From Raillietiella orientalis (lineage: Eukaryota), in the NCBI GenBank assembly GCA_036172245.1, contig JAYWIR010000001.1:7812001-7876000 (forward strand): DNA of 64,000 nucleotides, written 5' to 3'. Each line of letters opens with the position of its first letter. The stretch's first letter is position 1. Below, in pieces: positions 60,401 through 64,000 of the stretch. Made by a program: the position numbers and the translations under genes. The notes beneath the pieces are model-generated. The model was not told where the DNA came from. It saw only the letters and a program-made list of their open reading frames with translations, and did no database searches.

Positions 60401-62897
60401 CTGAGAGGCACGCGGTTTTTCTCCCTCCCCCCGCGGTGATTTCAGACAGGAATTTTCTTCGGTTGAGGGTTCCATTTTAGCGCTTATAGCCATCTTTGAA
60501 GACGATGGCTGAGGAGTCGGCGTTTCTCGTTTCTCTCTCTGTCCCTCCCTCCCTCTCTGTTTTTTAAGGGGGGGCAATGCTTTCTCGGGATCGCTCGGAC
60601 GCATCGCATTCTTGGTTGCCTTGAGGTCGTTCCGCCAATGTTGCCGTGCGACCCCCTCCCACGATACCAACCACACAGCGCGCGCACGAGAGTCCTGTGT
60701 CCAGCAGAGGTGCGCGTCCCTCTCGGAGTGCCGTTTCATACTCACGAAACCCACTTTTCGCTTCCCCCTCCTCTTCTCGGGAACTCGCGAACCTCCCGTG
60801 CACCTGAGCGGCGACACCCTTGCAGCCGGCGATGTGGAGAGTCGTCCGAGGCAAGCACGTGCCCCTCCTCCCTTACAATCCCACATGGATAATCTCGCTA
60901 GTCGTCTATTCTTGTTTGCCCGCATCTCTCTCTCTCTTCCATGCACTCCCCCTTCCTCCCGTCTATTCCCCTTTCCCATGAGCCCCTCCACCTCCCGTGT
61001 TCCCTTGCTGCCGCCTTCGCCCATCACATTCAGAGGGCGTTCAGAGAGCTCCGAGAGCCCCATCCCGCTTTTCCGCGACCCCTGCCCTGGGACAGGCACT
61101 GCTGGAAGTGCTCACGAGATCTGGGGAGTTGGGCATAGGGCTACCAGGAGACTCCTGGTAACCCTCTCGGAACACGTTGCTGCGCTCCGTATGCGCGTCA
61201 GGTGAAACCCACTCCCAAGGGCAGCCGTGACCCCTGGTGTTCGGGCTTCATGACCCACGGCGGCATGGCTGGAACGCGTTCGATGGTCTTGAAGTCAGTG
61301 CGCCACACCCGCTTGGTCGCTGACCTTTAGCTTCCGAGGGCTACTGGGAAGTCTAGAAACAGAATGGTGCTCTGCCGGGGGTCCCGCGTCACTTTTCCTC
61401 CTTTCTCTCCCTCCGGAAGCTTTCTGACAGCCTTACTGCCCCGCTTTCCTCCCTCTCCTTCCCTCCCCTCCCTCGCGCAGATTGCCCTCGAGGCACGAAA
61501 AGAGGTCCCCTCCTTCCAGCAACTTCCCCTTTTGCCTCCCTTTTTTCCGCCGTTCCTGTCTGGGGAAGGAGGCGAAGGCGGCTGCCGCTTCCTAGGGGGA
61601 TGCTCAAGCTCCGGGGCTCCACAGCGATGGCTCTCGTCTCCAGAAGGACCGCTTTCTGAACCGAAAGCTCCACTTCCACACCTTCCTTGTCCTTGGAAGG
61701 AGAAAGGGACTAAGAAGAGCAAAGGATCATCTACTCCTTCGGAAAGAACTTATCTGGCGACTTTCTCCCCCCTTTCCTCTCCACACCACGGATCCTTCCT
61801 TGGCAACTGCTTTCCTACACAGCCACCCCCTTTTTCTAGAACGTCCTACTGGCTCCCATCGGTTCGCCTCTTAACTCCCCGGTCCAGTTCCGACTCCAGC
61901 GGTCCCCCGTGCGTGGGATGATGATCTGGACCATTCACTCCTTTCCTCTCCCTACCATCCTCCCGGACTCTTCCAGAGGAGTTCCGCTCCTGCGAAGATG
62001 GGCCTCGACTTCTGAGATCTCTCTCTCCGAGGAGCAGGGAGGCCTTCGCCTGGGAACGGCCATCCTTCCTGATGCCAGGAAGGTCTAGAGTCGTTGCTTC
62101 GATGGCGTAGGAGGCGGGCACGCAAGAAATAGGAAGCAGCGGATCGCGCGGGAGCTCGGGGACGATTTCCTTAGGTGCTCTGCTCTCGCTAATGCAACGT
62201 TATCGCGCAAGGAAAGATGGCAAGGAGGGAGACTCGGGGATGCTGCCAGGGATCATAGAGGCAGGGCAAGGAGAGACGGGAAGATCAGTGGAGATCCCGG
62301 GGTTGTCTCCGCTGCCTTCCTCGAACCTCCCTTTTCTCTGGACACTTGTCCCGAGAGAGCAGCTTCCGGCAACTATGGAAACCGGAGAGGCAGTCGTACT
62401 GTCACATCTTTTGGTCCTTTCCCCCGGCTTCCCGCGGACCAAGGAGAAACGGAGGAGGCTTCCGCGAAGGAAGGGGATTTGATCTGGAGTCCGAGGCGGG
62501 GGTTACGGATCGTCCGAAGGTCGAGAAAGGAGGGAACGGCGGCGGTGCCGAAGTTTGTTCTGGAGCTCAGGCGGACTCGGAAAGGGCAAAGGAGCGTCCT
62601 CTCCAGAGTGGAGGAAGGGACGAGGGGGCCGATACGCTTGTGCTGGCTCCTTCTCCCCCCTTCTTCCTGCCCTCTCTACTTCTCCCTTCCCGGGAGCATG
62701 CTTGCGTGCGGTCGCCTCCAGCAGCCTGGGAAACTGCGGCGAGACGAGCGCAACCTCTCCCCCTCTTCCCGTTCCCCCTTCTCGGAAGGAGAGCGGAGAG
62801 AAATCTCGAGGAAGCGCGGGATTCGTCTCTCCGTCCTCCTCGATCCTCCCCGCTCCCGCCGGCTCCGCCAATCCGGAGCTTCCTGCAGGTGGCGGCG

Positions 62898-62927
62898 GGC
62901 GCTTCGCGCGCGCGCGCGCGAAGCGCC
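62898..62927. repeat. 30-bp perfect palindrome containing (CG)8 in a CpG-island-like region
   Basis: ggcgcttcgcgcgcgcgcgcgcgaagcgcc is its own reverse complement. Confidence 0.85.
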
Positions 62928-64000
62928 TACAAACACCTGCGTGTCTGGAGCAGCGTGCCCAACTGCGCCCTCCGCGTGCGCGCACGCGCGAGCTCGCGAG
63001 GAAGCGTGAGGAGGAGGAGGGACGCCTTCTCCCGCGACTCCCTTCGCTCCCTCCCTCCGCGCCCCGCGCTAGGCGAACGCGCGGCACAGGTGCGCCGAGT
63101 GCCGGCGTCAGCGTTTCCGGGGAGGAAGCGCCCCCGAGGGACGCCAAGGAGGGATGCCCCAGCCGGAGACTCTGCCCTGGTTTCTCCTCCCTCCTGCGCA
63201 GCCCAGCCCACCCCACCCCTGCCCATCCTTTGTAATAAACGTGCGTGGAGTGTGGGGAAGGGGAAAGGAGGGGCACGTCCTCGTCTGCCTTGCTCGCCTC
63301 TGGGAGTGACGTCGCCACCCCTCCCGCGCTCGATGCCTCCTGAGGGAGGATATATCCTCCCGCGTTGCCGGGACAACTCCACTCCGACTCTCCAGGGGAG
63401 ACGCCGTCAGGGCGAATGGCACTGGTAGCGACGCCGATTCCTATCCCGGGGAGTATGGACGAACGTTGTCGAACAGGGGTGTTCGCGTTGCCCATCGGCG
63501 ATCAGGGGACGGAGAGGGACATTCGCCGCCCCTACGGGATGGGGGACAGCGGAAGCGAAGGGGTGGGAAAGATGGTGGAGCTCGCTACCCCTTCCTCCGC
63601 TGCGCACTCCCCTCTTCTCTCCGCGAGGGACCGGAACTGCCCTCGTGCGCGCCATTTTCCGGAGTGAGGTGAAGGGAAGAGTGTGGAGACGGTTCCTTCC
63701 GGAACCGCCGTTGCCCCCACCCTTATCTCTCCTCCTCCGCTTGCTGACGAATCCTTGGCAATCTGGTGCGCTGGGGCGGGAACCGAGGGGACAAGAGGAG
63801 GAAGTGGATTGGGGGTGCTGGGAAAAGGAGGGTTCTGAGCTCCTACTGGGATCGAAGAGGGGGCGGGAGTGAGGCGCGCTCCCCAGGAGGAAGCAGGGAG
63901 AGAAGGAAGCCAGGAGGGGAAAGCTGCAGGACTACCGCGGCGGACAGCCGGGAAGAGGGGAGAGGGGCAGGTCGGCGAGCGCGTTTGGCGAGGAACACGC

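Noticed and set aside
59700..61330. Scattered splice-like sites and protein-like snippets
   Set aside because: No coherent gene model or recognisable homology.
62346..63495. Long overlapping ORFs (360 aa on +, 330 aa on -)
   Set aside because: Low-complexity Arg/Pro/Ala/Gly content on both strands, expected from very high GC. No recognisable domain.

Overview
Eukaryotic (invertebrate, probably arthropod-like) genomic DNA with GT-AG introns, many only 40-60 nt long. The window holds the 3' part of a large papilin gene (+, 1-19395: TSP1 repeats, Ser/Thr-rich region, about 13 Cys-rich GCCxDG repeats, 10 Kunitz domains, antistasin-like, WAP, 3 Ig, PLAC). A tight AT-rich, CpG-depleted cluster follows: an ICAD/DFFA-like CIDE-N gene (+), RABL3 (-) and TFIIE-alpha (-). 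Further along are amnionless (-) and tubulin-specific chaperone C (-). Decayed transposon relics are scattered between and inside genes: a Tx1/L1-like 3' end, two NeSL/Utopia-like RLE retrotransposons, and weaker pogo- and piggyBac-like remnants. I found no convincing novel multi-gene system. The best oddities are an orphan CHD7/kismet-like coding fragment in a papilin intron, predicted reciprocal 3' overlap of DFFA and RABL3, an apparent 1-nt frameshift in the TBCC N-terminus, and sharp CpG compartmentalisation. All homology calls come from motif recognition by eye, not database searches.
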